Assembly (NCBI GenBank): GCA_002811645.1
Contig: PDIP01000045.1
Coordinates: 91,801 to 155,800 of the forward strand
Direction: 5' to 3'
DNA from: Corallochytrium limacisporum Hawaii
Taxonomy: Eukaryota; Protista; Pluriformea
Length of the DNA: 64,000 bases
Within the stretch, counting starts at the first letter, position 1; each line of letters begins with the position of its first letter. The notes under the pieces are model-generated. The model ran no database searches. It was not told the origin of the DNA and worked only from the letters and a program-made list of their open reading frames with translations. Positions 42,078 through 54,350 of the stretch are shown piece after piece. The position numbers were made by a program, and so were the translations under genes.

Positions 42078-44414
42078 ATGATAAAGCTTCCTCTTGATAA
42101 AGTGGAACGAAAATATGATCCCACGCAGGACAAGGAAGACCAGGAAGCAGAAGACATCGAAAAGAGCTTCTTGCAGGGTGGGCTCTCGGAACAGGACAAC
42201 CACCTTAACTCCAAAGACGAGGAGGCTGCCGTTAGCCACAATACAGGCGCGGGAGTTGTTGACGGAGACGATGCTGAAATCGATGATCATGAATTAGAAG
42301 ATCTGGAATATTGTGAAGAAGCGGATGATGAATTCGAAAACGATAGTACAAGTTTTGGAAGGCTTCCTTTCAGCAACGAATCGTCCACAAGTAGCGCTAT
42401 CTTGACAGACAATTACGCACATATGATAGATCAAAAAACATTAGAGTACACAGCGAAGAACAAAGCAATTGGACGAGAAGAGCGGCAGGCACCGACGGCT
42501 CTTGATGCTGACCTTGCGGACTTCACTTTTGAAATCCAGAGTGGGGCCGGGCGCCTTCGTAAGAATTCTTTCATGGACGATGAGAGCCTCTTGCAGAGGA
42601 ATCCGTCCACGGAATCACACCCCAGAGAAGATGAAGTGGCCAAAATCTATTCGAAAGTCCGCGGAAAGCAGCCATTGGTGCCACTGAGAAGCGTTCCGAT
42701 GCGTGAGCTTAGTGCAGAAGATAGGAACATAGAGATTGAGTTTGGAATGCACCACAGTAGACCGCAACGACTTCGCAGACCGAGTCAAGAATCAGGTGAT
42801 CTTCAAGCTGAGCTTACAGACTATCTAGCAAGCATTGACAACGACCCCTATATGGCGAATCATGTAAGTGAAGCAAGTGGAATCGGTGGGGTGGGTATAG
42901 ATGTCTTTGATCCAAATCCGAAACCTGCATTGATAGATCGCACAAATCACCTCTTTGGTGAGGGTGATGTGGACCTGGTAAGAAATTACCTGCGGACCAT
43001 TGCATCGCAAAGCTCGCGGGCAAGACGGGCTGATGCACCAATCTTGGTGGTACCGATGGATTGGAAAGCGGCACGCGTGGCCGCGGAGGCAACCGGGTCC
43101 GCCCATGGATCAGTGTACCGTGCATTTGAGAACCCGAACGTTGCTGAACGTATTGAATCATTGGACAGATACGGAGAGCCAGCGCGGTGCGGTACCTTAT
43201 ACATCATTCCTGGCGATGGACAATCAGGGGATGGTGGGGCGATGGCCGGCCACTCCAGCAATTTTGGATCGCGAGGTCAGGACCTGGACGATGATACGCC
43301 CATTCGAGGTGAAGCCATTGGACCACCACATGGTCACCAACGCCTGGCTGGCCTTATCAGCCATGGTCACGTCTCGCAGACAGGGCCCGAACTTCATCAC
43401 TCCATGCTCCGAAAGGTGCCAATTGAGCGCATTATCTCGGCACGTCACGAAGATCACTCAATCGCGGAAGACATGGGACTGACAAATTCACAGAGTCAAT
43501 GTGACCAGAATACGAGCCGCAGCGTGTCTGTACTACCTCTCAATATGCAGCTAAGCAATGCGACGGATGTGAGCGCAGATATTAGCAGCGGTGGCGGTAG
43601 TGGACAGATTCCCAGTAGCGAGGGTGAACGTGCCACTGTGACGCCAGAGATGCCAAACCCTCAACGCAGCACCGCGCCAGCGACCATGAGCACGACAAGT
43701 GCTTCTCTTCCGTCCATGAGCGGGCCGCCATTGGCACTCCCACCACTGACGTTAAAATCATCAGGCAGTGGAGGCCAGGGTACACTTCATGGCGACCCCT
43801 CTTCAGATATTATTGGCCTGGGCAGCGGCAATACCGGCCCGCAAAGTAGCGGAAGCATTGTAGGGCAACAGCATCAGAACCAGAACCAGGCACCCATCAC
43901 TAGTATCATGAAGCAACCTCAGTCAGTATCGCACCCGATGGTGGCCTCTCGGAGATGGAACAACAATTCCAATTCCCAGGAGATGGCTTTGCGGTACACA
44001 GGTGCGTCGGTTGACACGAAGTGGACATTAAGCGGTGAGACACCTCGGAATGACCTGCCAAAGCGCAGACTTACCGACGACTCCACTGTGCCGCCAGACC
44101 TTGGTATGGATTCTAATCCAGTCGGCCTCGAGGCAACCTTGTCCACTACCGCTCACGACCAAGAGCTTCAGCACCCCGTCTTTCAAGAGCCGAAGCTCAA
44201 CGATGTAAGGCTAAACTCCGTGGTCACGTCTACTGGTGGTGGTGGAGGAAGTGGAAGTATTACGGCGCGGTCTAAGCGGTCCTACGAGGCGGGCGACTTT
44301 CTCGAATGGTGCAAAGAACAGGAGGAGTTGTTACGTGAACTTCATGTTGGCAACCAACCCCACAATCACACCCCCGCAGCAGCAATTCAACGGTCATCCC
44401 TCCCGGGCGGCTGA
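42078..44414 (+). CDS. Hypothetical, largely disordered acidic/Ser-Gly-rich protein (778 aa from first ATG)
   Basis: Long uninterrupted ORF, ATG in caagATG context, no recognisable domain. Short possibly folded segments lie in the centre and near the C-terminus (YEAGDFLEWCKEQEELLRELH). Confidence 0.75.
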   Translation: MIKLPLDKVERKYDPTQDKEDQEAEDIEKSFLQGGLSEQDNHLNSKDEEAAVSHNTGAGVVDGDDAEIDDHELEDLEYCEEADDEFENDSTSFGRLPFSNESSTSSAILTDNYAHMIDQKTLEYTAKNKAIGREERQAPTALDADLADFTFEIQSGAGRLRKNSFMDDESLLQRNPSTESHPREDEVAKIYSKVRGKQPLVPLRSVPMRELSAEDRNIEIEFGMHHSRPQRLRRPSQESGDLQAELTDYLASIDNDPYMANHVSEASGIGGVGIDVFDPNPKPALIDRTNHLFGEGDVDLVRNYLRTIASQSSRARRADAPILVVPMDWKAARVAAEATGSAHGSVYRAFENPNVAERIESLDRYGEPARCGTLYIIPGDGQSGDGGAMAGHSSNFGSRGQDLDDDTPIRGEAIGPPHGHQRLAGLISHGHVSQTGPELHHSMLRKVPIERIISARHEDHSIAEDMGLTNSQSQCDQNTSRSVSVLPLNMQLSNATDVSADISSGGGSGQIPSSEGERATVTPEMPNPQRSTAPATMSTTSASLPSMSGPPLALPPLTLKSSGSGGQGTLHGDPSSDIIGLGSGNTGPQSSGSIVGQQHQNQNQAPITSIMKQPQSVSHPMVASRRWNNNSNSQEMALRYTGASVDTKWTLSGETPRNDLPKRRLTDDSTVPPDLGMDSNPVGLEATLSTTAHDQELQHPVFQEPKLNDVRLNSVVTSTGGGGGSGSITARSKRSYEAGDFLEWCKEQEELLRELHVGNQPHNHTPAAAIQRSSLPGG

Positions 44415-44466
44415 CACGACACACTCCTCGGTGACATTAAACCTGATTACCATGTTTCTGTATTGT

Positions 44467-47400
44467 TCATAATCTGTCCCCTAGACCAACCAACTGCTGC
44501 AGCAGAGACCACCGGATCTCTTCCAGTTGCGCTTTGGTCGCATCAATGTGCTGCTTTGCAGCAAGACTGCGGATGTGATCATCCATGACGAGCTCACAAC
44601 GCCGAATGGGGAATGATCGCGGATTGATACAGCTTACAGCGTCCTTGTAGATTGCAATGTGAACTCTACGGGCATCGGTAACGTCAATCTCAGCCTTGAC
44701 CAAGATCAAACTTTCAATCATACGCACAATGCCACGGCTCATATGGTGTCGGTCCAACTCAGCCAACACCAAGTGACGCGTGTCCGCCACAAAGATCATG
44801 GCTTTCGGCCGAACATTCTGACCCGGACCGTAGAAGGTACATTGAATTAATTCCGCGTTCGAGAGATCAATAGCAGACCCTTCACCGAGTGTCGCGCTGC
44901 GCACGATGGTGTCCCCAAGCGGTCCAAGGATCGGATCGGCGACGGAGAATTCAAACTGCCGCGGATCCACTGCACCGACCTGACGAGCCGACGACGAAGC
45001 ACTGCCGTCCCCGCGATCTCGGCTCCGTGACCGTCCTGCGCCTGGGAGGGCAGCTATACCATTTCGACCGCGACGATTCGTTTGGGCAGAGGAAGAGCGC
45101 AACTGCGAAGCTCGCAGGTTCGCAGCAGCCGACCGACGGATGCCCGGGGGTCCCCCTCCACTGCTGCCGCTGGCAGCACTGCCCCCCGCGCTGCCACCTG
45201 TTGTGCCAGGAGCAAGACCGCTACCACCACCACCGCTTCGATTGGATGCCCCACTGGGAATATCGTTGTCGCTATCCTCATTCAGGCCCGAACCAGTGAC
45301 GCCATTCGCTCCGTTCTGGCTGCTTGCTCCGTATGAGAGCCAGAGATCAAGGGAGCGAACCGCCAAAAAGGTCCATATCGTCTCCTCCATGTGTCTATAT
45401 GTGTCCGTATCCTCACCGAGGGTTGCAGCCGCATTTTTCTTTTCCTTCTGAAGCTGCCAAGAGCTCTTAGCTCCGTAGCAAACAACGGATGGCTCGTGCA
45501 GCAGGCTGTCAACCGAAGGCGTATTGATCACCACCTGCGTGTCGGCATCCACGCGACACAGACGATCGAAGCACTCCTGGACCAGTACCCGGCTTCCGCC
45601 AAAGCTTTCAATGGTATCGGATACCATCCAACGGGCAGCTTCTACAATACTACGCCACTGTTCGGCCTGCTCGGATGTTACGCTCACTGCTGCTCCACCG
45701 GAGGACGAGAGATTGGACCGCGTTGATGACTGCGTGTCTTGCTGTGCAGACCCAGCGGAATCACGAACACCCTTACTGTCCGCAGAGGAGGCTGATGGAT
45801 AGTGCTTGTACACAACTCCGCTGGGTAGCAGTTCCTTCAGCAGACTGAGAGCAAACGCCGCCGTCTGCTTGCGTATGCCACCATCAGCAGAGCAACGGCG
45901 CTCCAGGATATCTAGCAGTAGAGTAATCGCTCCGCCACTAGTATCCGATGTCTTTCCTTCAGTCAGGTCCATATCCGCAAGCTGATGTGTCAATTGAGCA
46001 GCATGATCAGTTTTGATGACATCCGGCGTGGCTTTCTTTTTGGGCACCTGCAGTGACAGATGTTCGTACTGTGTCGCGGTTGAGGTCTGTAAATCGGCGC
46101 TTACACTGCGTCGGTGGAGCGATGATTGACGAACCGGCCCCGGAGGCCGCTCCACCGCACCCACGTTACTTACTTCAGAAGAGATGTCCGACTTCCTTTG
46201 CACAAGAATGTTTTCACCCGTTGTCAGCTGCCCGAGGAGCTGCGAACTCACTGCCAACTTGGAGGGGGCAAGACCAGCATTTAAAAGCCCCGCGGTCGGC
46301 GAATAGGGTGATGTTACCACACGCCACAGAAGCATCAGTGCGCACAGGGATCCAGTGTCTAAACCCATGCGGCGGGCTATGCTTTGGGACGTGTCCAGTG
46401 AAGTGAGGTCCTGCCTGCTATGGCTTTGAGTGACATCATTGATCACACGCAGCAATGCCTCATAGTACGGATAGGGTCTGATCGGACCAACAGCTGCGTC
46501 GCCATCGTATGTGTCGGCCTGGAAGTCATCCAGTTTCTTTGTATTTTCTGAATGTCGGCTCAGAATTGCATCATTCTCCTGTCTCTTTTCCATGGCCTGC
46601 AGGGTAGGATTATCAGCGCCACCCGCAACGCGGCCAGGACTCTTCTGGTACAGGTATTCCGCCGGACTCGTACTGCTCGTCCGCAATGACCGCATTGCCT
46701 GCACAATTGTTTGCTTCGGATGTGTGAAGGATGCGGCAGAACTAAATGACGCTGACCGCGTGAGCTCCAATCTCTGCACACCACTCACCTCTCTGTTCGC
46801 CCGCTTCTTTGCGTTCGAAGTCAGCTCATGCCCGAGCATGATGCTATTCAACTGTCTCAATAGTGGGCGGTATGTAAATGAATTCATGATTAGTGTGATG
46901 ATAAAGGCAGCTGTTGAAGGACTCACTCGGTCATCCCGCATGGTTCCCGTTGCATCGATTCCTTTTTTCAGGTCCGCCAAACTCTCAAAGTACAATGGTA
47001 CGATAAGTTGATTGAGCAAATAGTACTGCAAAAGAGCTGTTACCCGATCTATGCGAAGGCTGAGTATGTCGTTCAGGTACAGAAATTGGTCCTCATGCTC
47101 CGCCATGTAATCTTTCAATCGCTCATACTTCGCAGTCGGTTGCATACTCTGCCGCATCACCAGTCCATCCATTTCCATGGTCAAATTCCCGAGATACCAA
47201 ACCAAATTACTAAAATATGGATTGGCCGTCCGGCTCACAATGAACTCCCGCATGGGCTTGCTGTCCACTTTAAACACATTCAGTGCAATGGTACGCACTG
47301 CGATCCGAACCATCCTTTCGCTGTGGTTGAAAAACTTGATTGCCTCCGTATACAACGGGAAGTCCTTAAGGTGCTCATTGAAGAAGAAGTGTATGGTCGT

Positions 47401-47865
47401 CGCGTCCAACCGTAGACTCAAGCTTTTCAGGAAACTAATATAATACGCAAGAATCTCGTCGTCTCCGACATCAAAATCGTGCGTGATAATGTCATTGATA
47501 TGGTTATTGCTGAGCAAGAAATATACCGATGTTGCACTTTTAGTGTTCTCAAACAGAATACTCAATGACTGAAGCATTTGAATTTTGACATATGGCCCCG
47601 TCTTTTGGTCTAAGATTCGTAGAAAGAATTGGAACAACCGTTTCTCTAAAAAGTAGTCGAAGATTCTCGGATCATTCTGGTCGCCCCAGATCAACAGTTC
47701 CGTGATCTGCTGTAGGCACTCAACCAGGGCATCTTTCTCCTGGTCCGACGGGTACGGAATTCCCGAAAGTCTTTGCAAGACCCCGTGAAGGTATTGTAAG
47801 TTTTCCAATGAGAGCGGCTCTCGTCTGGGGCCATTCCCAATGACCAATCGTTGTATGAAGGACAT
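44467..47865 (-). CDS. CLEC16A: CLEC16A/GOP-1/TT9 family endolysosomal protein (FPL domain), 1132 aa
   Basis: SLENLQYL, ITELLIWGDQND, FDYFLEK, SVYFLLSNNHINDII, YYISFLKSLSLRL, DFPLYTEAIKFFNHSERMVRIAVRT, and C-terminal MDDHIRSLAAKQ. Confidence 0.92.
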   Translation of the reverse strand: MSFIQRLVIGNGPRREPLSLENLQYLHGVLQRLSGIPYPSDQEKDALVECLQQITELLIWGDQNDPRIFDYFLEKRLFQFFLRILDQKTGPYVKIQMLQSLSILFENTKSATSVYFLLSNNHINDIITHDFDVGDDEILAYYISFLKSLSLRLDATTIHFFFNEHLKDFPLYTEAIKFFNHSERMVRIAVRTIALNVFKVDSKPMREFIVSRTANPYFSNLVWYLGNLTMEMDGLVMRQSMQPTAKYERLKDYMAEHEDQFLYLNDILSLRIDRVTALLQYYLLNQLIVPLYFESLADLKKGIDATGTMRDDRVSPSTAAFIITLIMNSFTYRPLLRQLNSIMLGHELTSNAKKRANREVSGVQRLELTRSASFSSAASFTHPKQTIVQAMRSLRTSSTSPAEYLYQKSPGRVAGGADNPTLQAMEKRQENDAILSRHSENTKKLDDFQADTYDGDAAVGPIRPYPYYEALLRVINDVTQSHSRQDLTSLDTSQSIARRMGLDTGSLCALMLLWRVVTSPYSPTAGLLNAGLAPSKLAVSSQLLGQLTTGENILVQRKSDISSEVSNVGAVERPPGPVRQSSLHRRSVSADLQTSTATQYEHLSLQVPKKKATPDVIKTDHAAQLTHQLADMDLTEGKTSDTSGGAITLLLDILERRCSADGGIRKQTAAFALSLLKELLPSGVVYKHYPSASSADSKGVRDSAGSAQQDTQSSTRSNLSSSGGAAVSVTSEQAEQWRSIVEAARWMVSDTIESFGGSRVLVQECFDRLCRVDADTQVVINTPSVDSLLHEPSVVCYGAKSSWQLQKEKKNAAATLGEDTDTYRHMEETIWTFLAVRSLDLWLSYGASSQNGANGVTGSGLNEDSDNDIPSGASNRSGGGGSGLAPGTTGGSAGGSAASGSSGGGPPGIRRSAAANLRASQLRSSSAQTNRRGRNGIAALPGAGRSRSRDRGDGSASSSARQVGAVDPRQFEFSVADPILGPLGDTIVRSATLGEGSAIDLSNAELIQCTFYGPGQNVRPKAMIFVADTRHLVLAELDRHHMSRGIVRMIESLILVKAEIDVTDARRVHIAIYKDAVSCINPRSFPIRRCELVMDDHIRSLAAKQHIDATKAQLEEIRWSLLQQLVGLGDRL

Positions 47866-48354
47866 TTCTCCCTATGCTTACTTGCTTGTCACCCCATGGC
47901 GACTACGTAGGCGTTCGGGTCCCTTACATTATTCTCAGTCAGTCCAGTTTCAGTTCCTCACATGTTCTTGATCGCTATCGAAATGGACCTTCAGGGACAG
48001 GCTCGCGGTCTTTATCCCAAAATCAACCGAACAGATGTTTCGCCGTACGGGAAATTGCCGCTAGATTGAAAGCTGCAGCGTTCCAAACCTTTGCTGTGAC
48101 CTGCACTCTTAGGTACCTACGAGCTTTTGATACATACAGCTTACATTCAAACATGAATTCTCCACGCGAAACGCAGACTGTTGATGTAACAGAAGATGTT
48201 CTGCGTCATCACTCGTCTACGTAACCTCGTCTGCTTTGCGAGACCCGCCCGGCCTCGTCCCAACTCCCGCCCGCTTCCTCCCCTGTCAAACAGCAACCGT
48301 ACCTTTTGCACCGACTGCTGCCCCCACTTCCCCAAAATTTTGTCCCCCCCCCCC

Positions 48355-48495
48355 NNNNNNNNNNNNNNNNNNNNNNNNNNNNNNNNNNNNNNNNNNNNNN
48401 NNNNNNNNNNNNNNNNNNNNNNNNNNNNNNNNNNNNNNNNNNNNNNNNNNNNNNNNNNNNNNNNNNNNNNNNNNNNNNNNNNNNNNNNNNNNNNN
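48355..48495. other. Assembly gap between a C-run and a C7G11 dyad
   Basis: N-run preceded by a C-run and followed by cagCCCCCCCGGGGGGGGGGGctg. Confidence 0.95.
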
Positions 48496-49706
48496 CAGCC
48501 CCCCCGGGGGGGGGGGCTGGGAGGGGGTTCACTCACAGCAGCAGCAAGCTCTCCATTTTTCCTTTCCTGCTGTTGCCCTCCCCCCGTTTCTCCCCCTTTA
48601 CCTCGTAGCTCCGTGATGATTGACGGGGAATTTCCACCACTACAACACCAACGGCAACACGAAGCGGCACGTATAAAGCCTTCGTCTGGGGAAGGGGCAT
48701 GGTGTGGTTCTCGTCGGTTGTTCATGTCTTGAGTGCTATTGACGACGTTTGCAGAATGCATTGATGGGTTTGCTATCGATGTGCATGTGAGTGTACATGT
48801 GCGTGTGTGTGCATAAACATCTCTTCTTCAACTTGATGTGTGCTAGTAGGGACGATCCTTCATTCTTTCCCGTTCAAAAGTGCGAGGGCTGGTTTCGACC
48901 ACTACAAACAACCTAGAGCGAGCGCCACCGATGTCCAGTGCAGAGTGTGGATAGATGGATAACGATCCGGTGGAACACACTGACGTGGAGTGGTTACCGA
49001 TGCGGCCCCCTCGAGAGCGTGAGTTTCGAATTACTGCTGATACACACACACAGAAACATGCAGAGCATGCTCATCGATTGAGCACACTACTTATGGGTTC
49101 TTCATACATTCGGCTTGCATAGAGTCACCTGCAGAGATCCCGTGCTTCCAGCGTACCGACGGGGTGGCTGGCTGGCTTTGGGCCCCAGCCTTATCGACGA
49201 TCAATTTTATCTTAGTATTGATTCACAGTCCGAAACCAAGAGAAATTTCATATCCCAATCGCGTCGGGTTTCGCGAGAGAAAACATCATTGGACCTTCGT
49301 CGTCCCTACCCACTGGTATGCAGGTTTCGGTCCGGCAGGGGGCCCGTTGTCAGTGTTTTGCCTTTCAGGGAGAATCCGCTGCTGCCAACGAATCTGCATA
49401 TCCTGCAATATTAGCGTGAAACGGACGCTTCTGTCCATTCCAGTTGGGTGCTGCGGGCGAAGATCACAATGAGGGGTGCAGGGAGCATGGTGCAATGCGT
49501 TTCATCGGTAGATTTGGAGTGTACGTGTCATGTACGCGTTCCCGGAATAGATACTTGAAACCCCACTTGGTTGCGAAGAGATTGCGATAGCTTTCATGTT
49601 GATACGATCGAATACTCCTAGTAGGCAGCGACAAAGGTAGTGGCGGAATGAAGGGAAGATAAGCTTGAATAGAAACATTACTATTAGTTTGTAGTGCCTC
49701 TTTACT

Positions 49707-50858
49707 ATGCCTGAAGAGGATAAGAACAGCGATACCGCGAACGCCATTGAGCAGGAAGCAAACGACGTGGCCCAAGAGACGGTCATGGAGGCCGAGGGTA
49801 GCGCTGCTGAGGAACCCGCTGGGGAGCCTGCTTCGAAGCAGGACGAAGATTCTGGAGATGCTAAGGGTGGAAAAGATGGAGAAGAAAAAGGTGACGAAGG
49901 CGGAGACGCTGAAGACCAACCTAAGAGTCATGCCTTCGAGGGAGATCATACAACAACCCCATTTGGCAGCCAGTATGACATGAAGGAGGAAGTGGAAAAA
50001 GTGAACGCCGAAGTTGCCGCCCTCCGCATACAGAGCCCCATGGCGGAGGAGGATGAGGAAGATGTGGAGGATGATGAGGCTGCAGAAGACAGAGGTGTTT
50101 CTTCAAGTGAAGTCACACAGACACAGTCTACAGAGGATCACACTGGTGGCGTACGTCTGGGCGCATCAAATGAAAACATCCGGAAAATCACGATCGATAA
50201 ACTACCTAAAGAACGGATCGGATTCATGGTAACCGAGAGTAGCTCCCGTGCACCTTTGCCAACCGTTTTCGTATCGCATGTCTTTCCCAATGGTCCGGCT
50301 GCGCGAAATGGAGAATTGCATGTTGGGGACCTCCTGCTGGAAGTAAACGGCGCCAGTGTTGTGGGCCTACCCTTCGAAGCAACTATCGACATCATCCGCA
50401 AGCTCAGTCTCGGGAGATTCGTTACTTTAACTTTGTTACAGATCCCAGCCAGTGTAACCTGCCGCGTCCAGAAAACTAGCGATGATGACATCTTGGGGAT
50501 TGACGTTTTGGACGGTGAGATCACACACGTACTAAAGGGAAGCCTTGCGGCGAAGGCCGAGATCCCAGTGGGAACTCGCATTGCAGAAATCAACGGCATG
50601 AACATGGTGAACAGAGGCCACGTTGAGATTATAGAGGCACTGAGGGAGCACGCAGACGATCTCGAACTGAAGCTCATGCCGATCCACCTGTACGATCTGA
50701 TGACAGCAAACCTGGATACGCAGAAGCATATCATGAGCCAGATCCGGGCAAGCTCCGGAAGTTTCTCAGATCGTGGCAGTTTAAGCAACACCGCCAGTGA
50801 AACACGGGCCAGCGTGACAGAGTCCAACACCAAACCAGCGCCAGGCGACAGCCAATAA
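49707..50858 (+). CDS. Tandem-PDZ protein resembling the PDZ1-PDZ2 supramodule of Mint/X11/LIN-10 (APBA), without a PTB domain
   Basis: ERIGFMVTES...LPTVFVSHVFPNGPAARNGELHVGD...VNGASVVGLP, then LGIDVLDGEITHVLKGSLA...VGTRIAEING...LKLMPIHLYDLMT (Mint1: MKTMPAAMYRLLT). The N-terminus is acidic. Confidence 0.8.
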   Translation: MPEEDKNSDTANAIEQEANDVAQETVMEAEGSAAEEPAGEPASKQDEDSGDAKGGKDGEEKGDEGGDAEDQPKSHAFEGDHTTTPFGSQYDMKEEVEKVNAEVAALRIQSPMAEEDEEDVEDDEAAEDRGVSSSEVTQTQSTEDHTGGVRLGASNENIRKITIDKLPKERIGFMVTESSSRAPLPTVFVSHVFPNGPAARNGELHVGDLLLEVNGASVVGLPFEATIDIIRKLSLGRFVTLTLLQIPASVTCRVQKTSDDDILGIDVLDGEITHVLKGSLAAKAEIPVGTRIAEINGMNMVNRGHVEIIEALREHADDLELKLMPIHLYDLMTANLDTQKHIMSQIRASSGSFSDRGSLSNTASETRASVTESNTKPAPGDSQ

Positions 50859-53800
50859 ACCAATATAAAAACTTTGCAGGTGAATGGGCTAATACAGACC
50901 GTCGGTATATGTAATTAGAATCCGCTATCATCCTCATTTCTCACCTATTCCAAAGCAAAAGTATTGGTCTATTTTTAGATAAAGTATATTACATACCGAA
51001 AATTTGTAAATTACAAAGATCCGGTATCTTAGAATTAATGATTGATGAAAGATGTTTCTTATAATATCCGGGCGCTGTATTCAGATCCTCCCAGGGTTCC
51101 ACCATGTGGGTCCCTTAGGTTGCGAATAAAGGAACGTTCCGCCGCCACAGCCACTCCCATGAAAACCAGCCTAAGCTGTCCCTTTCGCCCTATTCCCTGC
51201 CCACCAAGACTTTCTTAATAATGGAAGGTCACTTCTTGCACAACATGATAACACTATCTATCTGCCTCGTCAGTATACGATACGATACGACTATCGTGCA
51301 TGGTGTTGAGCAAGCGCCACTACAGGAAGATTGCCACCCCTCATTCGGGCGAGCCCTGGGAGACTTCAATACGAACTCAGTACCTTGCACAAGTCTTTTG
51401 GCGTGTGTGGGACTTCTATAGCCCCACGGACCAGTGCTTTGCTAATTTTAAACCCCGGTTGCCCGACAGCAACCGCGTACGAGCGGCAGTTAACCGGAGA
51501 CTAGACGAAGCTGACATCAATACTAGCAGCACTGGCCGGGTATGCGGTGACCGTACTGGTCCTAACCAACTGTTAAAATGCCGAAGCTTAATCAGTGTGC
51601 CATAACGCACCACCGTTGACGGAGTCAGTTGGGAACACGAGCAGGCTTGGTCCCCTCCCTTTCCTTTGCCTAAAAATCGTAGGCGCTAAACATTGGTATT
51701 CATACGGCATGCTATGTCAATGTTGCAACGAGGAGGATACCCAGTGGTATTACTGGTGCCGGCCTTGTGTAGTTCGGCACCAAATTCATTCTTGTTTCCT
51801 ATTTTTACTCTCCGTCCTCTGTTTCTTTTTGTTGTGTAAACAGGGAGTCCAAATTGAAAACGCAGCTAAGATACCTTCCGTTTGCGCAACGGTTAGAGAA
51901 GAAAGCAAAAAAGAAACCCAAGGAAAACAGATGATCCCCGTCCCCTTATTTGCGCCTTCCAAGTTCCAAAGCGCTTCTCTCTACAGTTAATCAAGTTGCG
52001 TACCATCTCCTCCTCCAACCACACCAGACAGCGCGCGAGAACAAAGGGTAAGCGGATCTTTAGTTGGAAGTGGTAGTGAACAACATCTTGGGTTTGAGTG
52101 GTAGTGGGCCTGGCGTTTCTACTTTTCCTTCTATCCGCGAGAACCTAGCCGTACTGTCAAGAACAGAATGATTCTTCACATAACTGCAAGGATCACATCC
52201 AAAAAACCATGGCACAGGCCCATCTTTGCATGTTTGCTTCGAACTTCCCTGGGTGTTTGATCAAAACCTGAGAGCTCCAGTTTAGGTGTAATGTGATTTC
52301 CCGATATCCATCTCCCTGAACATGTTCGGACATCCTAATCAATGCTGCCGTGAATTAGTTTGGAGTTGAAGCATGAAAGACACAAACACCGATGACCAGC
52401 GCAACCAGATCGGATGGTCAGCAGTAGAGGTGTTGCCGTTGCGAGAGCACCCAATACGCAGGGTTTCGAAACAATTCATGTGATCACAGGAAAGACGTCC
52501 CCTCAGAGGGACATTCCTATTTGCTAGCTGACAAGTAACAGCAACCGCCGCATCGCGTAGACACATAAACTAAACTCGGCCTCGCCGGGCCTCAAGCCCC
52601 ACCCAACTTACGCTGTGCTGTGTAAGTTCGCCCGGTGTCATTAGTTTTGCAATCAATTCACTTGGACCGCTGAGACGCAAAGCACTATCGGAACTGCATA
52701 CTGTAGCCACCCATAAAAAAACACGTACCAGTAGCCCAGCAAAATCATTATCTCCAAAAACACATGAAAGGAAAAGAGGGGGGGTGAGGGGTGGCAGAAA
52801 GAAGCAAAGCAACAACGAAGAATATGGGGGAGGGACTATGCTACCCTTTCGTACGACAATTCAGACCGTCTGGACCAATAGAGAGAGGCTTCGATGGTGA
52901 CCAATCGCTGCACACCGGTATTTTTACACACAGCGGACAACGGGCAGATTGGGATCTCTAGCTGAGCTCTGGCTGGAGCAGCGGGCGGGCTTGTTGGCAC
53001 TGTGACTATGAAACCCCGCTGAGCACATGGGCGCACTTCCCCTCCTGTCGATCACTCCCAGTGCGCCAAGCGGCGCATTGTTGTACATTCGGCACCGCCG
53101 CAAGAGAAAGGGGGGCAACGGTTCCGTGCTGTTGACTCTACCACGGTTTCCTGTGTATCATTTCCCGAGTGAGATAGTCTGTTCCATTTCCATTGAAGAC
53201 GCGGAAATGAAAAAAGCCCAGAGCAATACTCCCAGAGGGCGAGACAGTACCGGGGGAATAATTTGGTTTGGACGCCACCCATGAGCCCTTTGGCTGTCGC
53301 AGACTCGAACTGGTCACGAATCGGTCGAGAACCCAGATCCAGTATAAGCATATGTAGTCATATGATCATTGCCAACCTATGACAGAATGGAAGCAGGGGT
53401 ATCTGGGTACAGCGAGAATGCTAACAGGTTGATGCTTCTATCCCCTCGTGTCGTAGTTCAGAAGACGAAAGAGAATGAATGAACTGGATCAAAAAAGAGA
53501 TGACTTACGCCTGCAGCCTACATAGTACTGCCAGTTCGCCCTGAGCGAGCAAGCAACACACGTGCGTGGTTTCTGTTGGGTTTTGATCTTCCATTTCACA
53601 GTGCCTTGCGGTGAAACGGTGAAGTGAGTACGGCATCGTCCACTATCGCATATATGATCAAACGGAAACACTAGACATCGCACTCATTGCTCACGATGAT
53701 CACGACAGACCAAGAGCTCACTCACGTTTCCCAAAGGGAGACAAGAGATAACATTGTGTATGGGAGTTTCAGCATGGTGCACGATGCTCTCGTTTAGTCA

Positions 53801-54277
53801 CCATTTCCATTGTGTAATGAGCGTACATCGCCGCATATTGTTGTGAATACTCCGGATGGGCAGCGCTTGCTGCGCCGGGAAGGGGGGGTCGTGTGGGACA
53901 TATAGGCCTGGATATAAATGGATCCACGCGGTGGTTTTCCACGCACATAGTTATAGAATGACAATGCTAGTGATCACAGATCACAGAGGAAACTGACGAC
54001 AAACCAGCAGAATTGTACAGCAAGCATAAATTGGGACTGCGACGACCGCATGCGCTTTCACTGAAAAATCGTAAAACCCGCAAGGCAGCGACTTCGAGGA
54101 GAGACGCAGCGCCATACAATACCTAGACTAGGAAACCGGAGGGAATGTGTGGTGGTGTGTTCAGCATACAGCGAGCTGATTGCGGGATCAGATGCGCGGG
54201 GTGTCCCTTTTGGTAATGAGGGCATATGCGCCACCTCCTCTTTCGTTCCTTTTGCAGCTGCGAGCGCATGTGGTCGG

Positions 54278-54350
54278 CCCTTCCCCAAAGGGGAACGTCC
54301 CCCCAGAAACGTCCTTCTTCCCCCCCTTCCCCAAAGGGGAACGTCCCCCC
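54278..54350 (+). repeat. 27-bp direct repeat (2 copies), each containing a TTCCCC-AAA-GGGGAA hairpin
   Basis: cccttccccaaaggggaacgtcccccc at 54278-54304 and 54324-54350. Confidence 0.85.
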
